A DNA stretch of 57,583 nt from an uncultured cyanobacterium (GTDB lineage Bacteria; Cyanobacteriota; Cyanobacteriia; Thermosynechococcales; Thermosynechococcaceae), in assembly GCA_937951315.1 (NCBI GenBank), contig CALFCG010000071.1, positions 1 to 57,583 of the forward strand, read 5' to 3'. Made by a program: the position numbers and the translations under genes. Of the stretch, positions 41,721 through 52,379 are shown in pieces (the first letter of the stretch is position 1; the number at the start of each line of letters is the position of its first letter). The notes below the pieces were generated by a model, which did not search any database, had not been told where the DNA came from, and was given only the letters and a program-made list of their open reading frames with translations.

Positions 41721-43913
41721 TCAAGCAGGGGCAGCCAATTGAAACGCCATTTTATCTGCAGCAAGCGGTTTAGAGAATAAATACCCTTGGCCTTCGTCAC
41801 AGCTGAGAAGAGACAGCTGATCTTTTTGTTCGACAGACTCAATCCCTTCTGCAACTACATTCATTCCCAGGGTGTGAGCCAGGGTAATGATGGTGCGAAT
41901 AATCTCAAAATCTTCTGGGCTGGTCTGCATACGACTGATAAAGGAGCGATCAATCTTCAGAGTGTCGAGGGGAAAGCGATGGAGATAGCTCAGAGAGGAG
42001 TACCCGGTGCCAAAATCATCCAGGCTGAGCTGAATGTTTCGCTCTCGAATCCGTTGCAACATTTCAATCGTGGCGTCAGCATGATCCATGAGCATGCTCT
42101 CCGTCAGCTCTAACTTCAAATACCGACCATCGATCTGGGTCAGGCCTAAAATGCGATCGAGATCCTCAAGGAATCGCGGATCCTTCAGCTGTTGACTCGC
42201 GAGATTGACACTAATACTGAAGAATGGAAGATCTGGATATTGATCGAGCAGATATCGGATCTGTTCACAGGCCGCCTGCAAAATCCAGCGCCCCAGAGGG
42301 ACAATTAACCCCGTATCCTCGGCGACCGGAATAAACTCCCCAGGGGAAACGAGACCACGGTGGGGGTGCTGCCATCGGATTAATGCTTCAAAGCCAGTCA
42401 ACTGACCTGTCGTGAGCGCAATAATGGGTTGATAGTGGAGTATGAAGTCTTTGGGATGATCGCAGGCTAACCGCAGATCTCGCTCAAGCTGTTGTTGCTT
42501 GCGCGTTTGATCGTACATTTTTGACGTGAACACAACATACCGCGCCTTGCCTAAGGTTTTAGCCCGATACATGGCAATATCAGCATCCCGAAGTAAAGCG
42601 GTACTGTCGAGGTAATCCGAAGAGGGCAACACAATTCCAATACTGGCCCCTGAAAACACCGTATGCCCCTCTAGTTCGATGGGAGAAGCAAGCTTAGCGA
42701 GGATTCGATCGGCTGCATCTGTAGCATCCGCATCGTCCTTCAAGCCATCAAGCAAAACGGTGAATTCATCTCCCCCTAAGCGGGCTACGGTGTCGGTTCG
42801 CCGCACACAATCTTGGAGCAGGCTGGAGATTGTGATCAGCAACTGATCTCCGAGACTGTGGCCAAGGCTATCATTGATCACTTTGAAGCGGTCTAGGTCA
42901 ATGAATAAAAGTGCAAATTGATAACTGGGCTCTCGCTGATAGCGCTTGAGAGCCTGATCCACTCGTTCTAGGAGCAAGGTGCGATTGGGAAGCTCGGTCA
43001 GGCCATCATGGAGTGCGTCATGAAGGAGCTGAGACTGAGCCAACTTCTGACCGGTGATGTCATAGATAATACCGTCGAACCGCAGCGGCACGCCAGCTTC
43101 GTCATAAATCACATGGCCCCGATCTCGCAACCAATGGATGTCGCCTGTAGACCGCACAATGCGGTACTCTAAATCCAAATTTTTGATTTCCAGGAGGGAT
43201 TGACGGGCTCGCTGCACACGCGCTTGATCCGCAGGATGAACCACGTCCAACCAGAGTGAAGGATCCTCAAAAAAGTCAGCAGCCGGGTGACCATACACTT
43301 GTTCAACGGCCGGATTCAGATAAATAAGGGCATTGGTCTCTGGAGAAACGGACCAAACCACATCTTCTAAAGAGCAAAGGATACTTTCTAGGCGCTGCTC
43401 ACTTTCTGCCAATTGCTGCTGTGCCTGTTGCCGTTCGGTTACTTCTTCCTGGAGGCGTTGATTGATTTGACGGAGCGCTTTATTTTGATCCAAGAGCTGT
43501 TGATCTTGCCGAAAGCTCTCGAGGGCACCTTTGACGGTCAATTCTAAATCTGTTTCATCCCAAGGCTTCGCAATATAACGATAGAGACTCGCAGATTTGA
43601 TTGCGCTCACAATGGCATCTAGGCTTGCCACCCCTGTTAAAAGAATTTTGCGTGTGGCAGGATGGCTAATCTGCAGACGTCCCAGTAGCTGATCGCCATG
43701 GATATCTGGCAGATTTTGATCACAAATAATGAGCGGAATTAGGATCTGATCCTGATCCAGTTCTGCAAATAGTTCGAGCGCTTCTTCTCCGCTTTCTGCT
43801 AATTCCACCTCATAGTCAGCATCCACCATTCTGATGAGCTGATCCCGCAGGCTATTAAGAACCAACAGATCATCATCAACGCAAATAATGGTGCCGAGAG
43901 TCATGGCGCTCAA
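41721..43913 (-). CDS. REC-PAS-GGDEF-EAL c-di-GMP enzyme
   Basis: REC Asp (ICDQ), RxxD I-site, GGDEF, EAL, DDFGTGYSSL. Confidence 0.95.
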   Translation of the reverse strand: MSAMTLGTIICVDDDLLVLNSLRDQLIRMVDADYEVELAESGEEALELFAELDQDQILIPLIICDQNLPDIHGDQLLGRLQISHPATRKILLTGVASLDAIVSAIKSASLYRYIAKPWDETDLELTVKGALESFRQDQQLLDQNKALRQINQRLQEEVTERQQAQQQLAESEQRLESILCSLEDVVWSVSPETNALIYLNPAVEQVYGHPAADFFEDPSLWLDVVHPADQARVQRARQSLLEIKNLDLEYRIVRSTGDIHWLRDRGHVIYDEAGVPLRFDGIIYDITGQKLAQSQLLHDALHDGLTELPNRTLLLERVDQALKRYQREPSYQFALLFIDLDRFKVINDSLGHSLGDQLLITISSLLQDCVRRTDTVARLGGDEFTVLLDGLKDDADATDAADRILAKLASPIELEGHTVFSGASIGIVLPSSDYLDSTALLRDADIAMYRAKTLGKARYVVFTSKMYDQTRKQQQLERDLRLACDHPKDFILHYQPIIALTTGQLTGFEALIRWQHPHRGLVSPGEFIPVAEDTGLIVPLGRWILQAACEQIRYLLDQYPDLPFFSISVNLASQQLKDPRFLEDLDRILGLTQIDGRYLKLELTESMLMDHADATIEMLQRIRERNIQLSLDDFGTGYSSLSYLHRFPLDTLKIDRSFISRMQTSPEDFEIIRTIITLAHTLGMNVVAEGIESVEQKDQLSLLSCDEGQGYLFSKPLAADKMAFQLAAPA

Positions 43914-43967
43914 ATGCTAGAAATAGGATCCAAATAGGGTTGACGACTGGCAGGCGTAATCGCAATC

Positions 43968-46295
43968 TTACGAAGCTAGGATGATTGGCAAATATACGCT
44001 GAACTTAGTATGCCCTGGCTCGCTTTCAACCTCAACTCGGCCATTATGTTTGTTCAGAATTTTGCGAACAATATCTAGGCCCAAACCGCTGCCTTCTCCC
44101 ATCGGTTTCGTGGTAAAGAAGGGCTTAAAAATCTTCTCTTGAATCTCACTTGGAATACCACTGCCAGAGTCAGTAATACTGACCACAATATGCTGCTTTT
44201 CTTCCTCAACCTCAATCTCTAATTTTCCTTTATAATCCATGGCTTGAAGACCATTATGAATCAGATTAGTCCAGACCTGTGACAGCTCGTCCGGATAGCA
44301 ATAAATCTCAGGGACAGTTTGATAGATTTTGCTGACATCAGTCCCCTGTTTGATTTGATTGTGATAGAGCGTCAGAACAGTTTCAATCGTTTCAGGAATG
44401 GAGGCTTTAACTTTTTTACGAGAACCATCTTGACGGACGTAACTTTTGAGAGCAAAGACAATTTTTGCCGCTCGTTCAACCGCTAAATTTATATTGCTAG
44501 CATTGTTACGAATGACGGATAAGTCATAGGCAACTTCTAGAATACGATCGCAATTCGAAGCAGTGAAAATATCGATAAATTGTTCTAAATCAGCCTTAAC
44601 CCCCATCTTGCTCAAGGTGTTGGCAACGGATGCAGGGGATGCAATCCCTAAATCTTGGAGTTCTTTTTTGAGTTGACGCTTCAGCTGACGTTCTTCTCGA
44701 GAAGACAGCATTTCGCGGGGACGATGTGCCTCTTCTAGAAGTGTAAAGAAAGCGGCTAACTGCTGTTCTGAGAGGGTCTTTAAAAGCACCGGCAACAGCA
44801 TCAAGGTCTGCTCAAGAGCAGCGGTAATATTCGTCTCTGCGGCTCGAATAGCGCCTAAAGGGGTATTGATCTCATGGGCAATGCCAGCCGTGAGCTGACC
44901 CAGGGCTGCCATTTTTTCCGCTTGTACAAGATCCTCTGTGCGCTGCTGAACCTGCTGCTCTAGGGTCCGGTTGTACTCTGCTAGTTTTCGTTCATTCTCA
45001 CCTAAAGAGTTCACCATCACGGTCTGTTCTTCGAAAGCAATGCGCAACCCCATCGCCATGTGATTAAAAGAACGAGCCAGCTCCCCCAATTCGTCTGCAC
45101 GCTGCAGTTCCACTTGTTGCTCAAAATCTCCACTAGCTAGCTTTTGAGCAGCTGTATTCAATCGCAGAATCGGACGGACAACCCATCGTGCCCTCAGAAT
45201 TCCAACAAAGGTTGCGATCGCAAGTACCACAACGCTGAGCAAAATTGTCATCTGCGTGTTGGCATGGGTTTGGGCCATGAAGTTAGAAGCAGGAACAATC
45301 GCAACACTGAGCCAATCGAGCCCATGTTCATCCTGCAGCGGATCTAGATGGATAAAATATTGTTCGCCCGCTATTTTGAACGTCAGCTGCTGAAATTCAT
45401 TGATCGCATCGAGGTTCCCGAAACGATCCAGCAAATGCTGAAGGGTCTGTCGGGTCAGCGGATCTTTGCTATCAAGGGCTGATAGCCGTTCAGGCTTACC
45501 TCTCTTCATCACAAATGGCTGTTCGTTTGCCGAGGTCGCCACCAATTGCCCCGATCGTTCTAGAATCATCAACCGGCTGGATGCTCCTAGCTCAAAGGTA
45601 CGTAAATAGTCACTAATCTGGGCAATGGTTAAATCTGTCGCCAGAATGCCTTGAAATGTATCCGTCGCGTCATAGTAAGGCTGCCCTAACGTGATAGCAA
45701 GCGTCGGTGGATTAACCCAAGCATAAATTTCCGTCCAGGCCGGTTTATCGGCTTCCTCCGGTGTGGTATACCAAGGCCGATTGCGTGGATCAAAGCCTGG
45801 GGATGTCTCTAGACGTGTTCTTCGCTTCCCTTCGGTATCAATATCGTAGGTCTGCAGCGCCCCAGTCCCTTCCGTCACTTGATAGGTAAAGCTACCGTCA
45901 TCATTGACAGCCAGTCCAATAAACTCACCCTTACGATCGCCAAACTGAATATAGCTAACCAGATCAAAGACTTGACTCTGACGCCAAAAATGATTCTCCA
46001 GGCTCTTGAGATTAGCACCGTCAACTTGTCCTAAATCGAGGGCTGCTTGGTTGAGTTGATTCACCTGGTGAGGTGCATCGAGATACGTCTCTAGACGCTG
46101 TGATATCCGGCCTTCCACCTCTTGCATTCGCTGGTTTGCTAGCTCTTGGACCGCAAGCTGTCCGTTCCGAAACGAGAAGTAACCCACAAGGCCAACAGCA
46201 GCAAAAATTTGGAGGATAAAGGGTACCACCAAAATAGTACGGAGCTTCTTAGGACGCCCCATCCATCCCAGTACCTTGCCACGCTGCTGCATCAC
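43968..46295 (-). CDS. Cache-HAMP sensor histidine kinase
   Basis: DPRNRPWY Cache motif, AHEINTPL H-box, N/G1/F/G2 boxes. Confidence 0.95.
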   Translation of the reverse strand: MMQQRGKVLGWMGRPKKLRTILVVPFILQIFAAVGLVGYFSFRNGQLAVQELANQRMQEVEGRISQRLETYLDAPHQVNQLNQAALDLGQVDGANLKSLENHFWRQSQVFDLVSYIQFGDRKGEFIGLAVNDDGSFTYQVTEGTGALQTYDIDTEGKRRTRLETSPGFDPRNRPWYTTPEEADKPAWTEIYAWVNPPTLAITLGQPYYDATDTFQGILATDLTIAQISDYLRTFELGASSRLMILERSGQLVATSANEQPFVMKRGKPERLSALDSKDPLTRQTLQHLLDRFGNLDAINEFQQLTFKIAGEQYFIHLDPLQDEHGLDWLSVAIVPASNFMAQTHANTQMTILLSVVVLAIATFVGILRARWVVRPILRLNTAAQKLASGDFEQQVELQRADELGELARSFNHMAMGLRIAFEEQTVMVNSLGENERKLAEYNRTLEQQVQQRTEDLVQAEKMAALGQLTAGIAHEINTPLGAIRAAETNITAALEQTLMLLPVLLKTLSEQQLAAFFTLLEEAHRPREMLSSREERQLKRQLKKELQDLGIASPASVANTLSKMGVKADLEQFIDIFTASNCDRILEVAYDLSVIRNNASNINLAVERAAKIVFALKSYVRQDGSRKKVKASIPETIETVLTLYHNQIKQGTDVSKIYQTVPEIYCYPDELSQVWTNLIHNGLQAMDYKGKLEIEVEEEKQHIVVSITDSGSGIPSEIQEKIFKPFFTTKPMGEGSGLGLDIVRKILNKHNGRVEVESEPGHTKFSVYLPIILAS

Positions 46296-46705
46296 AGAGG
46301 GTTCTCACCATCAAACTTCTGAAGGCCGGACTGAATCTCACCCACCAATGTCTCTTCAGCCCAAGGCTTAGCAATATAGGCATGGAGATTTGCATGCTGG
46401 CGAACGCGCTCGATCGCAGACTCATCAGCTTGCCCCGTCAACATCATGGTCACAATGTTTGGGAAGCGTTGATGCAGCTCCACTAAAAACTCATCACCTT
46501 TCACACCAGGCATCAACCAATCCGAGATAATGACCAGAATTGTGACCTCCTCTTCTTTGAGTTCATCAATAACTTCCCAGGCTTCATCAACGCTTTCAGC
46601 AATTTCACACAGGTGGCTATCACCAAAATTCTTGCTAATCTGGTCGCGCAAACTTCTGAGCACCGTGGGTTCATCATCAACGCAGAGAATTGCAGAGTGG
46701 GGCAT
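46292..46705 (-). CDS. Single-domain response regulator
   Basis: VDD, SDWLMP, LTG, KPW; start ATG 46705. Confidence 0.93.
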   Translation of the reverse strand: MPHSAILCVDDEPTVLRSLRDQISKNFGDSHLCEIAESVDEAWEVIDELKEEEVTILVIISDWLMPGVKGDEFLVELHQRFPNIVTMMLTGQADESAIERVRQHANLHAYIAKPWAEETLVGEIQSGLQKFDGENPL

Positions 46706-46961
46706 AGTTGAACCTTGGGGAACTAATGACTGACAGTGGCTAGCACCGACACCTTGACACAAGATGCCCCAAGAATATCTAAAATCTGACGAATTCAGCC
46801 TTTTTTTAAGATCCTCAACAGGAGGAAGAGCTGATAACGACGATTAGCCCACTTCTGAAGCCTGAGCGCCATCAACCGATAGCCGCTTGAACCAGTCAGA
46901 ACGGACAGATGCGCAACCCTAAAGCCCCTAGTTAGCGAAGAAGGTTACAATATGAGAACAA

Positions 46962-46979
46962 TATGTAAAATTTTGTAAT
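46962..46979 (-). promoter_or_regulatory. Candidate RpaB HLR1 box upstream of sds
   Basis: Minus strand ATTACAAA-AT-TTTACATA; extra half-site GTTACAAT at 46944. Confidence 0.5.
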
Positions 46980-47012
46980 CATCGTCTCCATATTGGCCGA
47001 GATAGATAAATC

Positions 47013-47984
47013 ATGACCTCAGTAACATCCCTTTTTGCCCCAGTTGACGCGGATCTGGTGGTGCTGGTTGAGAACCTTAAGAATCTTGTCAGCGCGCGTC
47101 ATCCCGTTCTATACGCGGCTGCAGAGCATTTGTTTCAAGCTGGGGGAAAACGGGTTCGCCCAGCGATTGTTTTACTCTTATCGCGTGCGCTCTTGGGGCA
47201 GCAGGAACCCACATCTCGCCATCGGCGGCTGGCAGAAATTACGGAGATGATTCACACGGCGAGCCTCTTACATGATGACGTTGTCGATTCCTCTGACGTC
47301 CGGCGTGGGGTACCGACCGTTCATAGTTTATTTGGCAATCGAATTGCCATTCAGGCCGGTGACTTCCTCTTTGCCCAAGCCTCTTGGTATTTGGCGAACC
47401 TCGACAACTTAGAGGTGGTTAAATTGCTTTCTGAGGTGATCAAAGATTTTGCAGAGGGTGAAATTCAGCAGGGTCTCAATTGCTTTGATACCCATCAATC
47501 TTTAGAAACCTATTTAGAGAAGTCTTACTATAAAACAGCTTCTCTGATGGCCAATAGCGCCAAAGCAACAGGGGTATTGAGCAATGCGTCGCCCCAGCTC
47601 AATCAAGAACTGTACTGCTACGGTCGCTGTGTCGGTCTCGCCTTTCAAATTGTGGACGATATCTTAGATTTCACAGGATCTGAGGATGATTTAGGCAAGC
47701 CTGCGGGGTCAGATCTGAAAAGCGGTAACCTCACCGCCCCAGTCTTGTTTGCCATGGAGGAGACGCCTTACCTCAAAGTGCTCCTTGAGCGGCAGCTCAA
47801 GGAGCCGGGAGATTTAGAAGAAGCACTAATGCTGATTCACAACAGCAAAGGGATTGAACGCTCTCGAAAACTTGCCGAGCAGTACGCCCAAAAGGCACGA
47901 GAACATTTAGCAGAGGTGCCCCCTTCCGAGTCACTGCAAGCTCTAGTGGATGTAACAGACTACACCCTCAAGCGTCTGCACTAG
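47013..47984 (+). CDS. sds: Solanesyl diphosphate synthase
   Basis: GGKRVRP, HDDVVD..RRG, FQIVDDILD. Confidence 0.93.
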   Translation: MTSVTSLFAPVDADLVVLVENLKNLVSARHPVLYAAAEHLFQAGGKRVRPAIVLLLSRALLGQQEPTSRHRRLAEITEMIHTASLLHDDVVDSSDVRRGVPTVHSLFGNRIAIQAGDFLFAQASWYLANLDNLEVVKLLSEVIKDFAEGEIQQGLNCFDTHQSLETYLEKSYYKTASLMANSAKATGVLSNASPQLNQELYCYGRCVGLAFQIVDDILDFTGSEDDLGKPAGSDLKSGNLTAPVLFAMEETPYLKVLLERQLKEPGDLEEALMLIHNSKGIERSRKLAEQYAQKAREHLAEVPPSESLQALVDVTDYTLKRLH

Positions 47985-48033
47985 TGGGGTTGATGACGCG
48001 GTATTCTGTGGTTTAGCGTTTCTATGATGCAGC

Positions 48034-48615
48034 ATGACCCCAGAGTCCCAAGAAAATAGCCCGCGCTGGCGACAAATGTTGCGATCGCAAAAGAGTAACC
48101 TGCTGACCGTAACGCTTGCTCTTTTTTTAGCCCTGTTCGTGCGGCTATTTGTGGCTGAATCTCGCTATATTCCGTCAGAATCTATGGTGCCAACGTTGGT
48201 ACCTGGAGACCGGCTCGTCATTGAAAAAATATCCTATCGACTGCATGCGCCCATTGATGGCGATATCGTCGTTTTCCATCCGCCTTTAGCGTTACAAGCC
48301 ATTGGGTACGATCCAGCTCAAGCCTTCATCAAGCGCGTCATTGCAACACCAGGACAAACAGTGTCTGTCCATGACGGTCAAGTCTACATCGATCAAAGCC
48401 CCGTTGCTGAAGACTATATTGCCGAACCGCCAACCTATGAAATGCCCCCAGTCACAGTGCCCAACAACATGCTGTTTGTCATGGGAGACAATCGTAACAA
48501 CAGCAATGATTCTCATATTTGGGGATTTGTCCCCCATGAGAACCTCATTGGACGGGCCAATCTTCGGTTCTGGCCGCTCCAACAGATACAGCTCTTTCAC
48601 AACCCATTTGCCTAA
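48034..48615 (+). CDS. lepB: Signal peptidase I
   Basis: SESMVPTL, FIKRVI, GDNRNNSNDSH. Confidence 0.96.
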   Translation: MTPESQENSPRWRQMLRSQKSNLLTVTLALFLALFVRLFVAESRYIPSESMVPTLVPGDRLVIEKISYRLHAPIDGDIVVFHPPLALQAIGYDPAQAFIKRVIATPGQTVSVHDGQVYIDQSPVAEDYIAEPPTYEMPPVTVPNNMLFVMGDNRNNSNDSHIWGFVPHENLIGRANLRFWPLQQIQLFHNPFA

Positions 48616-48708
48616 TCAAGCCCTGACTTTCTATCGCAGATCTCTTCGGGGAACCGCTCATATGGCACAATGGAAGGCGCTCGATCATCCGACCTGTCAG
48701 GTAATTTT

Positions 48709-49779
48709 GTGAGTTCTACTGCAACCACCGCTCGTGCGGTCTACCCCTTCACAGCAATCGTAGGCCAAGACGAAATGAAGTTGGCCCTTCTCTTAAACGT
48801 GATCGATCCGAGGATCGGAGGCGTCATGATTATGGGCGATCGCGGCACCGGCAAATCGACCACCATTCGTGCCCTTGCAGATCTGCTACCCGAGGTCAGC
48901 GTCGTCGCCGGAGATCCATTCAACAGCGACCCTAGCGATCCAGAATTGATGAGCGACGAAGTCAAGACCGCCGTGGCTGCTGGTAGTTCTCTCGAAATGA
49001 CCACGATGCAAGTACCCATGGTGGATCTGCCCTTGGGGGCGACTGAAGATCGTGTGTGCGGCACCATTGATATTGAGAAAGCTCTATCAGAGGGGGTCAA
49101 AGCCTTTGAGCCTGGCTTGCTCGCAAAAGCCAATCGCGGCATTCTATACGTCGATGAAGTGAACCTCCTCGATGACCATCTGGTCGACGTATTACTAGAT
49201 TCCGCGGCTTCTGGCTGGAACACCGTAGAACGAGAAGGCATCTCCATTCGCCACCCAGCTCGGTTCGTATTAGTCGGTTCCGGCAACCCTGAAGAAGGCG
49301 AGCTGCGACCTCAGCTGTTAGATCGCTTCGGGATGCATGCTGAAATTCGCACGGTTAAAGAACCAGCTCTGCGGGTAGAGATTGTGGAACAGCGATCAAA
49401 ATTTGATCAAGATCCTCACAGCTTTTTGGATGGGCATCAAGTCGATCAGGCAGCGCAGCAGCAAGAACTGATCAAAGCCCAACAACTTTTGCCACAAGTG
49501 ACAATTGACCACGATCTGAGAGTTCAAATTTCTCAGGTTTGTTCTGAGTTAGATGTCGATGGCCTTCGGGGTGATATCGTCACCAACCGAGCAGCCAAAG
49601 CGATCGCAGCGCTAGAAGGACGCACCGAGGTCACCATAGATGACATTAAACGCGTCATTACGCTGTGCCTCCGCCACCGCCTCCGGAAAGATCCACTAGA
49701 ATCAATTGACTCTGGCTACAAGGTCTCGAAGGTCTTCAACCAAGTCTTTGGCCTCATTGATGAAGAGGAAGCCGCTTAA
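48709..49779 (+). CDS. chlI: Magnesium chelatase subunit I
   Basis: [28 protein letters not shown]; likely GTG start 48709. Confidence 0.97.
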   Translation: MSSTATTARAVYPFTAIVGQDEMKLALLLNVIDPRIGGVMIMGDRGTGKSTTIRALADLLPEVSVVAGDPFNSDPSDPELMSDEVKTAVAAGSSLEMTTMQVPMVDLPLGATEDRVCGTIDIEKALSEGVKAFEPGLLAKANRGILYVDEVNLLDDHLVDVLLDSAASGWNTVEREGISIRHPARFVLVGSGNPEEGELRPQLLDRFGMHAEIRTVKEPALRVEIVEQRSKFDQDPHSFLDGHQVDQAAQQQELIKAQQLLPQVTIDHDLRVQISQVCSELDVDGLRGDIVTNRAAKAIAALEGRTEVTIDDIKRVITLCLRHRLRKDPLESIDSGYKVSKVFNQVFGLIDEEEAA

Positions 49780-49811
49780 AACATAGTCCGCGCTCAGCTC
49801 AAAAGAGGCGA

Positions 49812-50984
49812 CTATCGCGCCAGCGCACGTCCAGACTGTGGATCAAACAAGTGAATATGCTCAAGTTTGGGGACAAGAAATAAGGTATCTCCAGCTTGCG
49901 CTGATTGATCCGGTGGAATTCGAGCCTGAAAGATCGGTACATCTGCTCCTTGAGCATTCCCCTCTAGAACACAAGACAAATAGGTCTCTGCCCCCAGCGC
50001 TTCCACGAGTTCTACCTGCAGTGGAATCCCTTGAGAAGCAGGGGCTATGTTCAAATGTTCAGGTCGAATCCCCAGCGTAATCGTCTGATCCAGATAGGCC
50101 TGGAGTGCTTTCCCCCAAGCCTCGGGTATCGTGAGCTGAAACTGAGGATGATGCAGCGTCAGAGGTCCGCTGACCTGAACAGGTAAAAAATTCATCGGGG
50201 GTGAACCGATAAAACCTGCCACAAATCGATTGGCTGGTGAACGATAGAGTTCTAAAGGGGGCGCGATCTGCTGAATAACGCCACCATCCATCACAGCAAT
50301 GCGATCGCCCATCGTCATGGCTTCAGTTTGATCGTGCGTCACATAGATCGTGGTGGTCGCAAGTTGACGCTGTAGCTTCACGATTTGAGCACGGGTTTGC
50401 GCCCGCAGCTTCGCATCTAAATTGGATAAAGGCTCATCCATCAAAAACACTTGCGGGTCACGGGCCATTGCCCGTCCGAGGGCAACCCGTTGCTTTTGCC
50501 CTCCTGAGAGCTGTTTGGGTTTGCGATCGAGGAGCGCATCAATCTGGAGACTGTCTGCAACTTCGCGGACCTTACGGTCTACATTTTTGGCCCGTTTAAA
50601 GCGGGTTCGGCGGAGTCCAAAGGCCAAATTGTTATAAACCGTCATATGCGGATAGAGGGCATAGCTCTGAAACACCATTGCAATATCCCGATCCTTGGGT
50701 GGGAGCGTATTAATCTTGCGATCGCCCACCCAAATATTGCCAGCCGTCACATCTTCTAAGCCAGCAATTAAGCGCAATAACGTACTCTTTCCACAACCTG
50801 AAGGACCCACTAGCACCATAAATTCGCTATCCGCCACGGTGAGGTTAATGCGGCGCAGGACGCTAGTGGCATCAGTTGCAGAACCTTGCTCACTCTCCAC
50901 CGTTGGAGACGACTCTACCTTTTTCTGCTGCTTGTTCCGAGCTGGAAAGCTTTTGTAAATATCCTCTAAGACAACGTTTGCCAC
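49812..50984 (-). CDS. MalK-type sugar ABC transporter ATPase
   Basis: GPSGCGKS, LSGGQ, DEPLSNLD, TOBE-like C-terminus. Confidence 0.95.
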   Translation of the reverse strand: MANVVLEDIYKSFPARNKQQKKVESSPTVESEQGSATDATSVLRRINLTVADSEFMVLVGPSGCGKSTLLRLIAGLEDVTAGNIWVGDRKINTLPPKDRDIAMVFQSYALYPHMTVYNNLAFGLRRTRFKRAKNVDRKVREVADSLQIDALLDRKPKQLSGGQKQRVALGRAMARDPQVFLMDEPLSNLDAKLRAQTRAQIVKLQRQLATTTIYVTHDQTEAMTMGDRIAVMDGGVIQQIAPPLELYRSPANRFVAGFIGSPPMNFLPVQVSGPLTLHHPQFQLTIPEAWGKALQAYLDQTITLGIRPEHLNIAPASQGIPLQVELVEALGAETYLSCVLEGNAQGADVPIFQARIPPDQSAQAGDTLFLVPKLEHIHLFDPQSGRALAR

Positions 50985-51236
50985 CGTACTCAGCCTGGAA
51001 ACTTCCAGCTTATTGTACGCCTAGCTCAGAGGAATAACCTTCAGAGCTCGCAATATTCTATCTGCCTGCCTCGCTCGTAACGCTCGCCCATTTTTGGTCG
51101 GTAATGATGAAAACCGCGATGACGAGGGGCAACCTTACAAATGAAGCCTCTTTGTTGACCCAATCGGTTCAGACCCTCCTTTGCTCCGTTTTATCTCGCT
51201 TCTGCAGTCCTCCACGGCCCGGTTACGATCCCGCTA

Positions 51237-52376
51237 ATGTTGCCTAACCCAACCCATCAATCCTTAGGAACTATCGTCGAGACCGCTCCTGCGGGAGCAC
51301 TACGACGCGTTTTACCCCTCAATGTTTCGGGGCGGTTAATCGCTCAGGATCCCAATGATCCATCCATTTGCTGGCGCGTTTATCTCAGTCGAGGGGATGT
51401 TCACTTTGCCCATAGTACAACTGGCCACCGCGAACGGCTCAGCTATGCCCTCAATAGATCCCGCTTGGGCTTAAACCTAGCCGACTTGACGCGCTTCCCT
51501 TCAGATTATGAATTTCTTTGCTACTGCTGGCAGTCAGGGCAGATTTCGGTGAGCCAGCTACGGCAGTTAATGCTGTACTTAACACAAGAGGCGTTGGTTC
51601 AAGTACTCGTTTTACCCACCACCAAAGTTAAGTTTGAGAATTTAGTCAAGCTTGATCCGCTGCTGATTTCCATGCCGTTTGAGCGCGCAATCTTGCCCAT
51701 CCGTACGCTAATGACACAGTGGAAAGATCTCTGGCTACACTTGGGTAGCCCATTTCAGCGTCCCTATATTTGCGATTCACATCAGTTAGCAATGGCCGTG
51801 GCTGAAACCCACTCTCTAGAATTGTTTCACCGCCTTAAACACACGCTGAGCCAGAATCTGTGTCTCTATCAAATCGCACCCCACCTTGATATGAGCTTGA
51901 CAGATGCAGCCAAGTTATTAAGTCCTTTTGTACAGAAAGGGCTCTTGAATCTGAACCCCTACCAATATAGACAGCAGGTGGCAACCATTCCAACCGTTGT
52001 ATGTATTGATGAGAATAGGGTTGTGCAGCAGCAGGTCCAAGCGGTTCTAAGGGTCCTGAATCATAATGTTCTGGGGATCTCAGAACCGACACAGGCTTTA
52101 GAAAAATTGGCGCATCATCCGGCTGATTTAATTTTGGTGAACCTTAATTTGCCCCAGACCAATGGGTATGAGTTTTGCCGAACACTCCGCAAAATGTCCA
52201 GCCTCAAAGATACGCCCATTATCATCTTTTCAGAGACGTCTCAAGGGATTGATCGATCACTAGCCCGTCTCTCTGGTGCCACAGATGTTCTGGAACAATC
52301 GTTTCAATCTGAGGCCTTTATTCATTTAGTCAATAACTTGATGCCATCGTCTGCGGCACCAGCCAAGACCCGCTAG
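51237..52376 (+). CDS. PatA-type regulator (PATAN-like + degenerate REC)
   Basis: PatA architecture; REC reads CIDE...LVNLNLP. Confidence 0.85.
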   Translation: MLPNPTHQSLGTIVETAPAGALRRVLPLNVSGRLIAQDPNDPSICWRVYLSRGDVHFAHSTTGHRERLSYALNRSRLGLNLADLTRFPSDYEFLCYCWQSGQISVSQLRQLMLYLTQEALVQVLVLPTTKVKFENLVKLDPLLISMPFERAILPIRTLMTQWKDLWLHLGSPFQRPYICDSHQLAMAVAETHSLELFHRLKHTLSQNLCLYQIAPHLDMSLTDAAKLLSPFVQKGLLNLNPYQYRQQVATIPTVVCIDENRVVQQQVQAVLRVLNHNVLGISEPTQALEKLAHHPADLILVNLNLPQTNGYEFCRTLRKMSSLKDTPIIIFSETSQGIDRSLARLSGATDVLEQSFQSEAFIHLVNNLMPSSAAPAKTR

Positions 52377-52379
52377 ATT

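Noticed and set aside
48741-49286. 181-aa ORF antisense to chlI and similar shadow ORFs elsewhere
   Set aside because: Fully overlap well-supported genes; no independent evidence
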